A stretch of DNA of 64,000 nucleotides from Nanobdellota archaeon. Its GTDB lineage: Archaea; Nanobdellota; Nanobdellia; JAAOXT01. The stretch spans positions 536-64,535 of the forward strand of contig JAAOXT010000027.1 of NCBI GenBank assembly GCA_018221045.1. Reading direction: 5' to 3'. The first letter of the stretch is position 1, and each line of letters begins with the position of its first letter. Below the pieces are notes generated by a model. That model worked only from the letters and a program-made list of their open reading frames with translations. It did not search any database and was not told where the DNA came from. The translations under genes were made by a program, and so were the position numbers. Positions 8,334-18,539 of the stretch are shown here, piece by piece.

Positions 8334-10505
8334 ATGAAAAAAATAAGTTTAGCGATTTCAGGAATGCATTGCGCCAGTTGCGCTGGAACAATAGAAGTAG
8401 AACTCAAAAAACTCAAAGGGGTTAAGAAAGCAGTTGTTAACCTCACAACAGAAAAGGCTAGAGTAGAATTTAATTCAAAACAAGTTAGCGAGAAGAAAAT
8501 AATAGAAACAATTGAAAAACTTGGTTACACTGCAAAACCTGATAAATCTCAAGATTTTAAAGAACGTAAAGAAAAAGAAATCCGAGGGCTTAAGCGCAAA
8601 CTCTTCATCGGCCTCTCACTGTCAGTTCCCACTCTATTAATTGGAATGTTCTTCCCAGAATTATTTCAGCCATACACCAACTTGATATTATGGGTTTTGG
8701 CCACGCCAGTCCAGTTTTACGTTGGAGCCCAATTTTATAGGGGGGCGTGGAACGCTCTCAAAAACAAGACGTCAAACATGGACACGCTAATCGCGCTGGG
8801 AACGAGCGCAGCGTACTTCTTCAGCGTCTTCGTAACACTCACTGACCCAATGGGTCACCAGTACTTCGAAACCGCAGCAATGCTAATCACCCTTGTTTTA
8901 CTGGGGAAGTACTTGGAAGCAGTGGCGAAAGGTAAGACTTCAGAAGCAATTCAGAAACTAATTGGTTTAAAACCAAAAACAGCTATTGTCATCAGAGAAG
9001 GCGAAGAGCTTCGCGTAATAGTTGATGAAGTCCGCATTGGGGACGTAATTCTTATCCGTCCAGGAGATAAGATTCCTGTTGATGGTGAAATCGTTTGGGG
9101 AAGCTCGTCAGTGGATGAGAGCATGGTCACAGGAGAGAGCATACCAATTGACAAGAAAAAAGGAGATTTTGTGATAGGAGCCACAATTAACAAGCACGGC
9201 AGTTTTAAATTCAAGGCAACAAGGGTTGGGGCAAACACCACCTTGTCACGAATAATCAAGTTAGTTGAGGAAGCTCAAACCTCGAAAGCGCCAATACAAA
9301 GATTCGCTGACATGATTTCGTCATATTTCGTGCCAGCCGTCCTGCTAATCGCGCTCACAACATTTATCACATGGTATCTTGTTAAGACAGATTTTTCTTT
9401 CGCGCTCATGACATCTGTCGCAGTCCTTGTCATAGCGTGCCCGTGCGCGTTAGGACTCGCCACTCCAACAGCAATAATGGTGGGCACTGGAAAAGGAGCG
9501 AGGAGCGGAATCCTAATCAAAGGAGGTGAAGCCCTGGAAACGGCTCACAAGCTTGAACACGTAATATTTGATAAAACAGGCACCATAACTAAAGGAGAAC
9601 CAGAAGTCACGAACACCCACTCATTTAACAGTTTCACCAACAAACAAGTGTTAACAATTGCTGCGAGCATTGAAAAAAACTCGGAGCACCCCCTAGCTGA
9701 AGCCATCGTCAAAAAAGCTGAGAAAAAAGGGTTGTGGTTAAAGAAAGTCGAAGGATTCAAAGCTGTTCCAGGCTACGGCGTGAAAGCAAAGATAGGAACC
9801 AAAACTTATTATTTAGGCAATAAAAAATTGATGACCGATAACAGAGTGAACATTTCCGAGGTCGGAAAAAAAGTTAGCTCACTGGAAGAAGATGGGAAAA
9901 CAGTCATGTTCCTAGCCGAGAACAAAACCCTTATAGGTTTGGTATCAGTGTCTGACGCCATCAAAAAAACTTCTGCCAAAGCCGTCAAAAAATTAATGGA
10001 GCTCGGATTAAAAGTTTACATGATTACCGGGGACAATGAGAGAACAGCTCAAGCCATAGCGAAAGAAGCAGGGGTGAAAAACGTTTTCGCCGAAGTCCTT
10101 CCTAAGGATAAGGCAAAGTATGTGAGAAAACTGCAAAAAAAAGGTTTTGTGTGCATGGTTGGTGACGGGATTAACGACGCGCCAGCGCTCGCGCAAGCAG
10201 ACATAGGCATAGCAATGGGTTCGGGAACAGACGTGGCAATGGAAACCGGAAACGTTGTTCTGATGAAAGATGACTTGCTTGACGTGCCAAAAGCAATAAG
10301 CTTGAGCAAACAAACCATGGCAAAAATCAAGCAAAACATGTTCTGGGCGTTAATTTATAACATTCTCGGGATACCAATCGCTGCAGGAATCCTTTATCCT
10401 GTCACTGGATGGCTACTTAGCCCGATGATTGCCGGAGCCGCCATGGCCATGAGTTCAGTTAGCGTGGTGACAAACTCTTTATTGCTAAAAATTAAAAAAC
10501 TCTAA
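8334..10505 (+). CDS. copA: copper-translocating P1B-type ATPase
   Basis: The motifs are [19 protein letters not shown], the CPC motif [18 protein letters not shown] and [14 protein letters not shown]. Length is 723 aa. Confidence 0.95.
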   Translation: MKKISLAISGMHCASCAGTIEVELKKLKGVKKAVVNLTTEKARVEFNSKQVSEKKIIETIEKLGYTAKPDKSQDFKERKEKEIRGLKRKLFIGLSLSVPTLLIGMFFPELFQPYTNLILWVLATPVQFYVGAQFYRGAWNALKNKTSNMDTLIALGTSAAYFFSVFVTLTDPMGHQYFETAAMLITLVLLGKYLEAVAKGKTSEAIQKLIGLKPKTAIVIREGEELRVIVDEVRIGDVILIRPGDKIPVDGEIVWGSSSVDESMVTGESIPIDKKKGDFVIGATINKHGSFKFKATRVGANTTLSRIIKLVEEAQTSKAPIQRFADMISSYFVPAVLLIALTTFITWYLVKTDFSFALMTSVAVLVIACPCALGLATPTAIMVGTGKGARSGILIKGGEALETAHKLEHVIFDKTGTITKGEPEVTNTHSFNSFTNKQVLTIAASIEKNSEHPLAEAIVKKAEKKGLWLKKVEGFKAVPGYGVKAKIGTKTYYLGNKKLMTDNRVNISEVGKKVSSLEEDGKTVMFLAENKTLIGLVSVSDAIKKTSAKAVKKLMELGLKVYMITGDNERTAQAIAKEAGVKNVFAEVLPKDKAKYVRKLQKKGFVCMVGDGINDAPALAQADIGIAMGSGTDVAMETGNVVLMKDDLLDVPKAISLSKQTMAKIKQNMFWALIYNILGIPIAAGILYPVTGWLLSPMIAGAAMAMSSVSVVTNSLLLKIKKL

Positions 10506-10521
10506 ATGAATAACTTAAAAG

Positions 10522-11157
10522 ATGAAAAAAATTGCTCCACTATTCTTTTTGTTACTCTTAACACCCGTCTTTGGCTTTGAAGTGGACCTGTTTGAGGACG
10601 GTCGGGTCCTGATTAACGGAACGCATAGTCAGGAGTACACGAGCAAACAAGGAACCTTGTGGACTGCGGGTTTCCAAAACTTCACAGACATAACCATAAA
10701 CCTCCCAGGACAAGCCAGCATAAAAGGAATACAAGCCAACTATGATTACTCCATAAAATACGAAAAAAACCTGAGGGTATCAGTGGTTAACGCTGGCACA
10801 GACTCTTTCATAAAAATTGATTACGAACTGAAAAACGAAACAGACGATTCGCAAACCATGACACTGTTTATTATAACATTAATCATCATTTTTTTAACAG
10901 CGTTTTTTTCGGCGAAACACTTTTCAGAAAAAGACAAACTCGACCTCAAGCAAGTCAAAAAAGTGCTGAACCCCCGGCAAGTCAGGATAATCGAAACAAT
11001 AATGAAAGAAGGCGGAAGCCTTAACCAAAACCAACTCCACAGACTCACCAAAATACCAAAAGCCTCGCTCTCAAGACACGTCAACGAACTCGCCGCTAAA
11101 GGAATCATAATCAAAGAAGACCTTGGAGGAACGAACCGGCTGATAATAAAAAAGTAA
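10522..11157 (+). CDS. signal peptide plus TM protein with a C-terminal winged-helix domain
   Basis: The signal peptide is MKKIAPLFFLLLLTPVFG and the TM segment is LFIITLIIIFLTAFF. The wHTH reads LNPRQVRIIETIMKEGGSLNQNQLHRLTKIPKASLSRHVNELAAKGII. Confidence 0.5.
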   Translation: MKKIAPLFFLLLLTPVFGFEVDLFEDGRVLINGTHSQEYTSKQGTLWTAGFQNFTDITINLPGQASIKGIQANYDYSIKYEKNLRVSVVNAGTDSFIKIDYELKNETDDSQTMTLFIITLIIIFLTAFFSAKHFSEKDKLDLKQVKKVLNPRQVRIIETIMKEGGSLNQNQLHRLTKIPKASLSRHVNELAAKGIIIKEDLGGTNRLIIKK

Positions 11158-11216
11158 CGCGGAACAAGCGTTCCACCCAGCTCTTAATACCCGTTCCACC
11201 CATTAAAAAAAGACAG

Positions 11217-11858
11217 GTGAAAACAACAAACATGAAAAACAAAAAAATTATGACAGCCGCGCTCATGGCAGCGCTCATACTCCTGCCAATGGGAGTGATG
11301 GCGGAAGAAACAACTCAGGACGTTCAAGTCCTGCCAGGAAACCCGTTATACGGTTTCAAAAGAGTCATTGAAAGAATCCAAACATGGTTCACTCTAGGAG
11401 CTGAAGAAAAAGCCAGACTACACTTATTACTAGCGGAGAGAAGACTGGCTGAACTGAAAGAACTGCAAGAACAGAACAAAACAAGCTTTGACGACGAGCT
11501 AATAACTGATTACGAGAACCAGATGCTGGCAATGGAACTGCAGATAAACCTGACAAACCACAACATAACCCAACAACTAGAACTCGCAATAGTGGAGTCA
11601 ACAGCCAAACACCAAGCAGTCATGCAAAGAGTCATGGAAAAAGCTCCTGAAAGAGTCCAGCAAAGATTGCAAAGAGTCATGGAAAGACAAGCTATGAACC
11701 AAGAAAAATTCATGCAAAGGTTAATGCAAAGAGTTGGCGAGAACCCAGGACAAAACTACTCCCTGCAAAAAGGATTTGGAAAAATGGGTGTGGGAAAAGG
11801 AGCTTGGAAGGGATTAAACTGTACAGAGGAAGGAAACTGTCCTTTAATTGAGGAATAA
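11217..11858 (+). CDS. secreted helical protein, DUF5667-like
   Basis: A signal peptide is followed by LPGNPLYGFKRVIERIQ, the motif I associate with DUF5667, and then helical repeats (QRVMEKAPERVQQRLQRVMERQ). The start may be the ATG at 11232. Confidence 0.4.
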   Translation: MKTTNMKNKKIMTAALMAALILLPMGVMAEETTQDVQVLPGNPLYGFKRVIERIQTWFTLGAEEKARLHLLLAERRLAELKELQEQNKTSFDDELITDYENQMLAMELQINLTNHNITQQLELAIVESTAKHQAVMQRVMEKAPERVQQRLQRVMERQAMNQEKFMQRLMQRVGENPGQNYSLQKGFGKMGVGKGAWKGLNCTEEGNCPLIEE

Positions 11859-11933
11859 AAAAACCTCCCTCTCTCTTCTTTTTTTTGAAAGGAAAGATTA
11901 AAGAGTAATGAAATCCAATCATCTCTTTTTAGA

Positions 11934-12512
11934 GTGGTAAAAGAAATCGTGATAACAGGCGGGCCTGGTTGCGGTAAAACAACTATTCTTGAACTATTAG
12001 CCCAAATGGGCGGAAAAAAATACTGTGGAGAAATAGAGGTTATAAGCGTTTGTGGGGAAAAAATGGTTCTTGTCCCTGAATCAGCCAGACGAGTCATAAA
12101 AAAACAGCAGGCAAAAGGGGTTGAAGAACCTTGGTCGGACAGAGTCGCTTTTCAAACAGAAATAATCCTTGACCAAATACTCCTTGAACAAAAAGCTAAA
12201 CAAGAAAACGGTGTTTTCATGGTTTATGATAGGGGAAGACCTGACGGTTGGACGTATTGTTTATTAGAAGGTAAAAAAGCGCCTGAAGTTGAAAAACTTG
12301 CAAGACGAAATTATGATTTGATTGTTTTTTTAGAAATGCCTCCAAAAACTTTGTATGAGAGCGACCTTGAAAGAAGCGAGGATTACGAGACTGCAATTCA
12401 AATCAGTCGAGCAATAAGAAAAGTGTACGATGAAATGGGTTTTGAAATCAAAAACCTCGGGTTTATGGATAAAGAATCTAGGCTTAAGAAATTTTTTCAA
12501 ATGATTTGCTAA
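11934..12512 (+). CDS. P-loop ATPase (AAA_28/COG3911-like)
   Basis: A GTG start is followed by the Walker A motif ITGGPGCGKTTILELL. Length is 192 aa. Confidence 0.55.
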   Translation: MVKEIVITGGPGCGKTTILELLAQMGGKKYCGEIEVISVCGEKMVLVPESARRVIKKQQAKGVEEPWSDRVAFQTEIILDQILLEQKAKQENGVFMVYDRGRPDGWTYCLLEGKKAPEVEKLARRNYDLIVFLEMPPKTLYESDLERSEDYETAIQISRAIRKVYDEMGFEIKNLGFMDKESRLKKFFQMIC

Positions 12513-12513
12513 A

Positions 12514-13440
12514 TCATTTTTTAAGAACTCTGAGCACGGCAGGCTGGACCTGCATTTTTCTTGAAACAACGCCTTTCAAAAAGATTAATCCTTTGTCAAA
12601 TTTTTTTCCAAAAGCTTTCTCAACAAGCTTGATCTTTGGACCACAACCCATCAATTCAGTGTTGCCGTCATCAATGTCAGTGAACATGACCAAGTGAAAA
12701 GCATAACCTTTTTTTTCACAAGATTTTCGCAACGCAAGGAAAACCTTGTTCTTAATCTTGTCAACGTCTTTTTCATCAATCACTGGAACTTGGCTGATAG
12801 CGATTTTAAAACCGTTCTGCACGTACTCCTTCAAATCAGTTTCAAGAATTTTTGCAGGAGTTTTCCTGACCAGCCCGGTGCCAGCTTTAAGCATTTCAGA
12901 CCCGAAAACCCTATAATTCAGTTTAGCCAGCGTGCTTAGAATCTTGACGGCCTTAACATCTTTTTTGGTGGTTGTAGGGGATTTCAGGAGCAAAGTGTCT
13001 GAAAGAATCCCGGATAGGAGAAGTCCTGCTATTTTTTTAGTGATAGGGATCCGCTCCTCAAAAAAACGGTCAGTGATGATAGTGCAAGTGCTGCCCAAAA
13101 CCTTAATTTCAAAGTTAATCGGGAGAACGGTTTCAACATTATTCCCGACCCGGTGATGGTCAATGACCTCAATCACGTTAGCATCTTCAATGTCTTTTAG
13201 AGTCTGGCTTAGCTCGTTGTGGTCTACTAGAATCAAATCCTTGCCCGCGCCAGACTTCAATAAAGCAGGAGTTTTTCCTCCAAACTTTTTGAGCACGAAA
13301 CGCGTCTCGTCGTTGACAGGGCCTAAACGGGCGGGGACAGCGTTCCCACCCGATTTTTGTAAGAGGTGGGCGTAGCCTATTGCACTGCAAATTGAATCCG
13401 TGTCAGGGTTCCTGTGACCTACAATAAAAACTTTTTTCAA
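12514..13440 (-). CDS. ppaC: family II (Mn-dependent, DHH) inorganic pyrophosphatase
   Basis: VGHRNPDTDSICSAIGYA, LVDHNE, the DHH motif VIDHHR and the C-terminal DHHA2 region are present in a 308-aa protein. Confidence 0.85.
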   Translation of the reverse strand: MKKVFIVGHRNPDTDSICSAIGYAHLLQKSGGNAVPARLGPVNDETRFVLKKFGGKTPALLKSGAGKDLILVDHNELSQTLKDIEDANVIEVIDHHRVGNNVETVLPINFEIKVLGSTCTIITDRFFEERIPITKKIAGLLLSGILSDTLLLKSPTTTKKDVKAVKILSTLAKLNYRVFGSEMLKAGTGLVRKTPAKILETDLKEYVQNGFKIAISQVPVIDEKDVDKIKNKVFLALRKSCEKKGYAFHLVMFTDIDDGNTELMGCGPKIKLVEKAFGKKFDKGLIFLKGVVSRKMQVQPAVLRVLKK

Positions 13441-13485
13441 TTTTGAACAAAGAGTTATTAAACTAGGAAATCTATAAATCTTTTT

Positions 13486-13770
13486 ATGGGATTAAAGGAA
13501 AAAGTTGTTGTTTGGCTGGTTAAGCGAATGAGTTACGAGCAAAAAGCGGAAATGATTAAAAAAGTGGCTCCTGAATTCTTTCAAACACTGACACCCGAGC
13601 AGAGAGTGGACCTTTTCAGGCAAATCATTCCAACATTGTTGAACGATGCTTTGGACGCTCAAACCATAGCGGATTTGATAATAGAGTTCCCTAAGATAAA
13701 GAATGAAATAACTAAGGAGATTGGAAAAAGTTTTTTCAAAGGGATTGCAAGTTTTTTCAAGAAGGATTAA
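13486..13770 (+). CDS. hypothetical protein
   Basis: 94-aa intergenic-filling ORF that does not overlap a stronger gene. I recognise no motif. Confidence 0.3.
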   Translation: MGLKEKVVVWLVKRMSYEQKAEMIKKVAPEFFQTLTPEQRVDLFRQIIPTLLNDALDAQTIADLIIEFPKIKNEITKEIGKSFFKGIASFFKKD

Positions 13771-14540
13771 TTCATCATAACTTCTTCGCTTCCGTCTTCG
13801 ATAACTGCTTTAACATTAATCAACTTCTTTAACCCCGAATTCCTAAGCTTTGGCATCAGGATTTCTTCCACTTGGAAAATTCCTGACGGGTTAGTCATCA
13901 AAACTTCTATTAATGCTGGCGCGTCAACCCCTTTTTTCACTTCAACGTTTTTGATTGATAGCGCGGAGTAAGAATGAATGCTTTTCTTATTTTTTTTGGA
14001 ATAATAATGAGTTATTCTCGCCCTGCCAGCAGTCATGTCTGTCCCGTCAGCCACGCTGATAATACCTGTTTCAAGCGAGGTTGGTTTATAGCGACCCATG
14101 TGGCAGAGAATTGCTTCGCAAGCAGCTCCCACTATCACGCTTTTGTTCTTGTGTTCGCCAAGAACTCGTTCCATTATAGGTTTAGCGAGGATTACCCCCC
14201 ATTTCTCATGGTCATCCCTGTTAACGCACATGCCAATATCATGCAAGAAAGCGGCTAGCACGACGATAATCATGACTTCTTCTTCCGTGGCCAACTCTTC
14301 TCTAACCAGATTTGGCTTAACTCCTAAGAGCTTGTAAATTTTTAGCGCGCTGTTAATAACGATTTTAGAGTGAATCCTTCCATGGTCGTTGTAACCAAGC
14401 CTTTTTATTGAAATAGTGTTACTTAATTCTAGGAAGGAGAGCGCTTCTTTATCTTTGATAACCTTTTTGAAAATTCTTAGCGCTGAAGGAAACTTCCTTA
14501 ATTTTTTGACAATCGCTTTGTCAAGCTTTTTCTCATCCAT
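13767..14540 (-). CDS. HD-domain phosphohydrolase
   Basis: The motifs are HGRIHSKIV....AAFLHDIGM...DHEKWG. Confidence 0.7.
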   Translation of the reverse strand: MDEKKLDKAIVKKLRKFPSALRIFKKVIKDKEALSFLELSNTISIKRLGYNDHGRIHSKIVINSALKIYKLLGVKPNLVREELATEEEVMIIVVLAAFLHDIGMCVNRDDHEKWGVILAKPIMERVLGEHKNKSVIVGAACEAILCHMGRYKPTSLETGIISVADGTDMTAGRARITHYYSKKNKKSIHSYSALSIKNVEVKKGVDAPALIEVLMTNPSGIFQVEEILMPKLRNSGLKKLINVKAVIEDGSEEVMMN

Positions 14541-14581
14541 AATCGTTAATGCAGTAAAAGGTTCTCTTATAATAAAAACTT

Positions 14582-15508
14582 TTACAATAACGAGAATATG
14601 CCCGCCCCTAGTAGAATGGCAGCAGGAATCGTCACCACCCAGGAAACTAAAATCTCCTTGATGAAACCGTAGTTAACCCTTTTTCGCCGGGCCTTGCCAG
14701 AACCAGCCAACGCGGCCACGAAAACAGCTGTACCACTGATAGGCATTCCAATACAAGTGAATAATGATATTGTTATTAAAGTAGATAACTGGGCTGAGAA
14801 ACCTGCGCTCGGGCTTAGAACTGTTAATCTCGTGCCCAGATTGAGGATAACGTTCTTTCCAAGCATTAGCAAGCCGAGCATTGCAGCAAAACCACCCCAA
14901 AAAGCCAAGTTATTCTGGGTTCCTGAGAAGAAAAATATTGCGTTAGGAACATCGTTAGCAGCTCTAGAGAAAACGACGCCCAGTGCAACGATTAAGCCTA
15001 TACCTGACATGCTTCTCTCAAGTTTCTCCCGAGTCTCAAAGCCTTTGATAATGTTGAAGAAAGTTTTGGCAAAAGCCTTGTAAGAAAGGAAGGCGATGAC
15101 GAACCCGGCGATAGGGGATATAATCCAAGATAAAACAATTTCGAGCAAAGTATTCGTGTTGATTTCTGATCCCGTGATCAACGAGACTCCCACCATGGCG
15201 CCGATCATCACTGTCGTGGTCGAGATTGGAAGTCCCTTCCAAGAAGCGAAAATCATCCAAATAGCGGATGCAAGGAGCACGGCAAAAACCATTGGAAATG
15301 TTAAGTTCACGATAAGTTTTTCTTTTAGTGTTGCGCTGACGTTCCCGCTGAACAATAGTACGCCTAGAAAAACGGTTATAGCTGCCAGGATGACGGCAGT
15401 TCTAATTTTTATGATTCTGCTCGCCACAGCGCTTGCAATGCTTTCCTCGTTAGCCCCGATGCTCCAAGCGTAAAGCAACGCCACGCCTATCACAAAAATT
15501 TCTAGCAT
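14582..15508 (-). CDS. inorganic phosphate transporter, PiT (PHO4) family
   Basis: This polytopic protein has duplicated GAN(D/E) motifs (IGANEESIASAV and RAANDVPNAI). Confidence 0.85.
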   Translation of the reverse strand: MLEIFVIGVALLYAWSIGANEESIASAVASRIIKIRTAVILAAITVFLGVLLFSGNVSATLKEKLIVNLTFPMVFAVLLASAIWMIFASWKGLPISTTTVMIGAMVGVSLITGSEINTNTLLEIVLSWIISPIAGFVIAFLSYKAFAKTFFNIIKGFETREKLERSMSGIGLIVALGVVFSRAANDVPNAIFFFSGTQNNLAFWGGFAAMLGLLMLGKNVILNLGTRLTVLSPSAGFSAQLSTLITISLFTCIGMPISGTAVFVAALAGSGKARRKRVNYGFIKEILVSWVVTIPAAILLGAGIFSLL

Positions 15509-15564
15509 TAGATTATATTAAGAAAAACATAATATATATTAATATTTAGCATTTCTAACCCCTA

Positions 15565-16206
15565 GTGATGAAGCTTTTTGGTCGTGGAAAGAAAACAATA
15601 TTCGAAAGATTCTCAGAGCACGCTGGTAAAGTTTTTGAAACCGTAAAATTGACTGATAAAGCGGTTGACGTTTACTTCAATAAAGGAGACCTTCAAGAAA
15701 TAATTGATGATATCTCCAAAGTAGAAACTGAAGCTGATAGCATTTATTATGATATTGCGAGGGACTTGTTCAGGGGACAACTTCTTCCTTACACGAGCGA
15801 GGACTGGTTTGAGCTTCTTGACCACGTGGACAACATTGCGGATAATAGTGATAGGATTGCTAAATTCTTGATGGTTTATAGGGTTAAGGTTGACGAGAAA
15901 CTAAAAAATAGGATAAAAGAGCTTATGAAAATCTCATGCGAAGCAGCTAGAATCATCAGGGAATCTATTGAAATGATGAGGTATGACATGGAAGGCGCTG
16001 CTGAAAAAGCTTCAGAAGTTGCTAGGATACGCCACCAAGCCAGAGATATTGAGTATAGATTATTCAAGAAGTTGTTTAATTCAAAAATGTCAACGAAAAG
16101 ACTGCTCTTGCTGAAAGAAATTGTTTACTGGATTACTCAAGTGTCAAATTCTTCTAAGCGCGCGGCGAACCGGATAATAATGATGAGCGTTAAATACTCA
16201 TTTTAG
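15565..16206 (+). CDS. DUF47/TIGR00153 PhoU-like phosphate-transport-associated protein
   Basis: 213-aa helical protein divergent from PiT, the classic PiT partner arrangement. It carries EADSIYYDIARDLF and ARDIEYRLFKKLF. The ATG at 15568 may be the real start. Confidence 0.65.
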   Translation: MMKLFGRGKKTIFERFSEHAGKVFETVKLTDKAVDVYFNKGDLQEIIDDISKVETEADSIYYDIARDLFRGQLLPYTSEDWFELLDHVDNIADNSDRIAKFLMVYRVKVDEKLKNRIKELMKISCEAARIIRESIEMMRYDMEGAAEKASEVARIRHQARDIEYRLFKKLFNSKMSTKRLLLLKEIVYWITQVSNSSKRAANRIIMMSVKYSF

Positions 16207-16281
16207 AAACTTTTTTTGATATTTTTTTACCACCGATAAATAACAAACTTTTTAAATGGAAGTTCTCTTCAGTTTTTTAAG

Positions 16282-16716
16282 ATGAATTCAAAGATTATAA
16301 GTTTTGAAGAAGGTCATTCACTAATAGAACAAGTTTTAGAAAGTGACCCTTCTGGAATAGTGCACACCATGATGGAAGCATATCTTATGCATGTTGAACC
16401 TAAAACATATCAGGTAAGGGTTCATGAAGATAAAGATTATCGTAGGAATATGTCGGTAATTGATTTGGTAGGAAAAGTCGATGACATTGAAGTGATTTTG
16501 AGAATGAACGAGCCTAGAGTTACTATACCCTTAAGTTCTAGAAAGATTAGTGTTGTGTATACTCCCGGTGGAAAAATGGTGAATGTTGGAGCATTTATTC
16601 GTTCTGAAGAGAATGAGGACAAGAAGAAAATTGAGAAAGGGTATAAAATTGCAGAAAACATTGCAGAAAATATCAGAGAATTAATAGCGAAAGTGGAAGA
16701 AGCTGTTCAAGAATAG
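16282..16716 (+). CDS. hypothetical protein
   Basis: 144-aa ORF with no recognised motif. Confidence 0.35.
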   Translation: MNSKIISFEEGHSLIEQVLESDPSGIVHTMMEAYLMHVEPKTYQVRVHEDKDYRRNMSVIDLVGKVDDIEVILRMNEPRVTIPLSSRKISVVYTPGGKMVNVGAFIRSEENEDKKKIEKGYKIAENIAENIRELIAKVEEAVQE

Positions 16717-16732
16717 GTAAATCTATTTTCTT

Positions 16733-17650
16733 TTATTTTAGATTTTGAATATATTCGTAAGCGCTGAACGCGGCGTGCGCACCTTCTCCTGCGCCAATGA
16801 TTGCTTGCTTCCAACCAGTGTTGCAGCAATCACCAGCAGCGAAAACCCCTTTCACGCTGGTCCTGGATGATTTATCAATGATTATCTCACCTTTCACGTT
16901 CAACTTTACGCCCAGGGGCTTGACCAATCCAGCTAACGGAACGCTGCCAATCTCTATGAACAACCCGTCCAACTTCAAGTCCTTAGAATCGTTGTATTCT
17001 CTGTCTAAAGTAACGCTTTTCAAAAAATCTTTTCCGTTGATTCTGACCACGTTCGCGTTATTAATGACCTCTACTTTTTCGTTCTTCTCCACTCGCTTCA
17101 TTATCACTGGTTCAGCCCTAATTTTTTCTTTGCGGTAAATGATGAACACTTTTTTGGCGAATTGCGAAAGCATGAGCGCTTCTTTGGCTGCTGAGTCACT
17201 GCCCCCCACGACCCCAACAATCTTATTCCTGTAGAGGGGGCCATCGCAGGTGGCGCAATAACTCACGCCCTTACCGAACAATTTTTTGACGCCTGGAACA
17301 TCCAATTCCCGGTGTTTGGTGCCAGTGGTGATTATTATTGCTTTAGCGTGAAACACTTCATTTTTCGTGGTTTTTACTGCGAAGCCTTCACCACTTTTCT
17401 TGATTTCAACGGCTTCTCCGTCAATGATTTCGGCTCCGCTCGCGACAGCGTGGTCTTCAACCTTTTTCACGAGTTCCGCCCCAACGATTTTCTTAAAGCC
17501 GGGGTAGTTCTCTACGGTATGGGTTGTGGCAAGCAGTCCTAACCGTTCTTTGGTTATGACTAGGGTTTTGAGCATGAACCTGCCAGCGTACATTGCAGCG
17601 CTCAAGCCGGCAATGCCTCCACCGACCACGATCACGTCCCAAGATTTCAT
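16733..17650 (-). CDS. trxB: thioredoxin-disulfide reductase
   Basis: The FAD motif is VIVVGGGIAGLSAAMYAGR, the redox centre is CATCDG, the NAD(P) motif is GVVGGSDSAAKEA and the C-terminal motif is FAAGDC. Confidence 0.9.
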   Translation of the reverse strand: MKSWDVIVVGGGIAGLSAAMYAGRFMLKTLVITKERLGLLATTHTVENYPGFKKIVGAELVKKVEDHAVASGAEIIDGEAVEIKKSGEGFAVKTTKNEVFHAKAIIITTGTKHRELDVPGVKKLFGKGVSYCATCDGPLYRNKIVGVVGGSDSAAKEALMLSQFAKKVFIIYRKEKIRAEPVIMKRVEKNEKVEVINNANVVRINGKDFLKSVTLDREYNDSKDLKLDGLFIEIGSVPLAGLVKPLGVKLNVKGEIIIDKSSRTSVKGVFAAGDCCNTGWKQAIIGAGEGAHAAFSAYEYIQNLK

Positions 17651-17730
17651 ATTAGGTAATTGGTAAACGACTTGTTAAAAAATCTTCTGTTCAAAAACCT
17701 TTTAAGGGAAGTTCACAAATCTCATAATCA

Positions 17731-18471
17731 ATGGAAAGAGTAAGTGTTATGGATTGGAAGAAACAATGGTATTCAAGAGGAATTGAACTAGCCTCAAACG
17801 ATGAAACCACAAACTGGTATTCCAAGAAAAGAATTGAAATAATTAGCACGCCAGACGTAAAAGAAAAAATAATCGCAGAATCCAAATTAGGGATTGAATC
17901 TTTAATTAATAAAATTGGTCTTGACATAGAAATAGTGCATAACGACGCACCCGAACAAGTTTTAGAATTGATTAAAAAAGCTTCCTTTGATGAATTCATA
18001 AGCGTTGATATTGGGGGGATGGGTAAGAAAAGAGACTCGTTGTTCTTTGAAGAGTTGTTATCATCTTTGCAAGCTTTAGATGATCCTTGCGCGCAATTCA
18101 TAATCACGAACAGGCATTTAGCAAAAGAACCAAAAAAGTATTATGAAAGGACGCCTGGCATAGCTTGTTTTGGTTACGCAATTCTTGGATTAGGTAACAC
18201 AACATATGGAGAATCGGGTTATAACCCTAATAGAAAAAAAATGAGTTATCTGGCAATGCACGAGACAGCGCATTTATTGGGTTTTAACACCCATCACTCC
18301 CTAACACCTGAATTGAAAGGTTTTGGCAGATATTTTATGGAAAAGTTAAGAAAAGAAGAATGCGTTTTGGAGAGAACCCCTCATACATCATACGCTTGCC
18401 AAAAACTTCAAATCGCCTTGACCTCTCTTTGGCAAGGATTACAAGAACAGTCGGGCATAAATTTTTTTTAA
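17731..18471 (+). CDS. hypothetical protein with a zincin-like HExxH motif
   Basis: AMHETAHLLGFNTHH (HExxHxxGxxxH) resembles a metzincin or archaemetzincin site. The downstream Cys pattern is not canonical. Confidence 0.3.
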   Translation: MERVSVMDWKKQWYSRGIELASNDETTNWYSKKRIEIISTPDVKEKIIAESKLGIESLINKIGLDIEIVHNDAPEQVLELIKKASFDEFISVDIGGMGKKRDSLFFEELLSSLQALDDPCAQFIITNRHLAKEPKKYYERTPGIACFGYAILGLGNTTYGESGYNPNRKKMSYLAMHETAHLLGFNTHHSLTPELKGFGRYFMEKLRKEECVLERTPHTSYACQKLQIALTSLWQGLQEQSGINFF

Positions 18472-18539
18472 ATAAAACACTATCACACTTTTTTTGAAAA
18501 GAGATTCTTTAAACACTAAATCTCTTTCTCAAAAGAGCA

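Noticed and set aside
17731-18471. Calling the 246-aa protein an archaemetzincin.
   Set aside because: Only the HExxHxxGxxxH-like core is present. The characteristic downstream Cys4 zinc-binding pattern is not, and the protein is longer than typical AmzA. I keep it as hypothetical with a zincin-like motif.
18496-18528. Inverted repeat aaagagat/atctcttt (8-bp stem, 14-nt loop) between the genes at 17731-18471 and 18540-19112, considered as a terminator or operator.
   Set aside because: The stem is short and AT-rich, as expected by chance in AT-rich intergenic DNA. Nothing else supports it.
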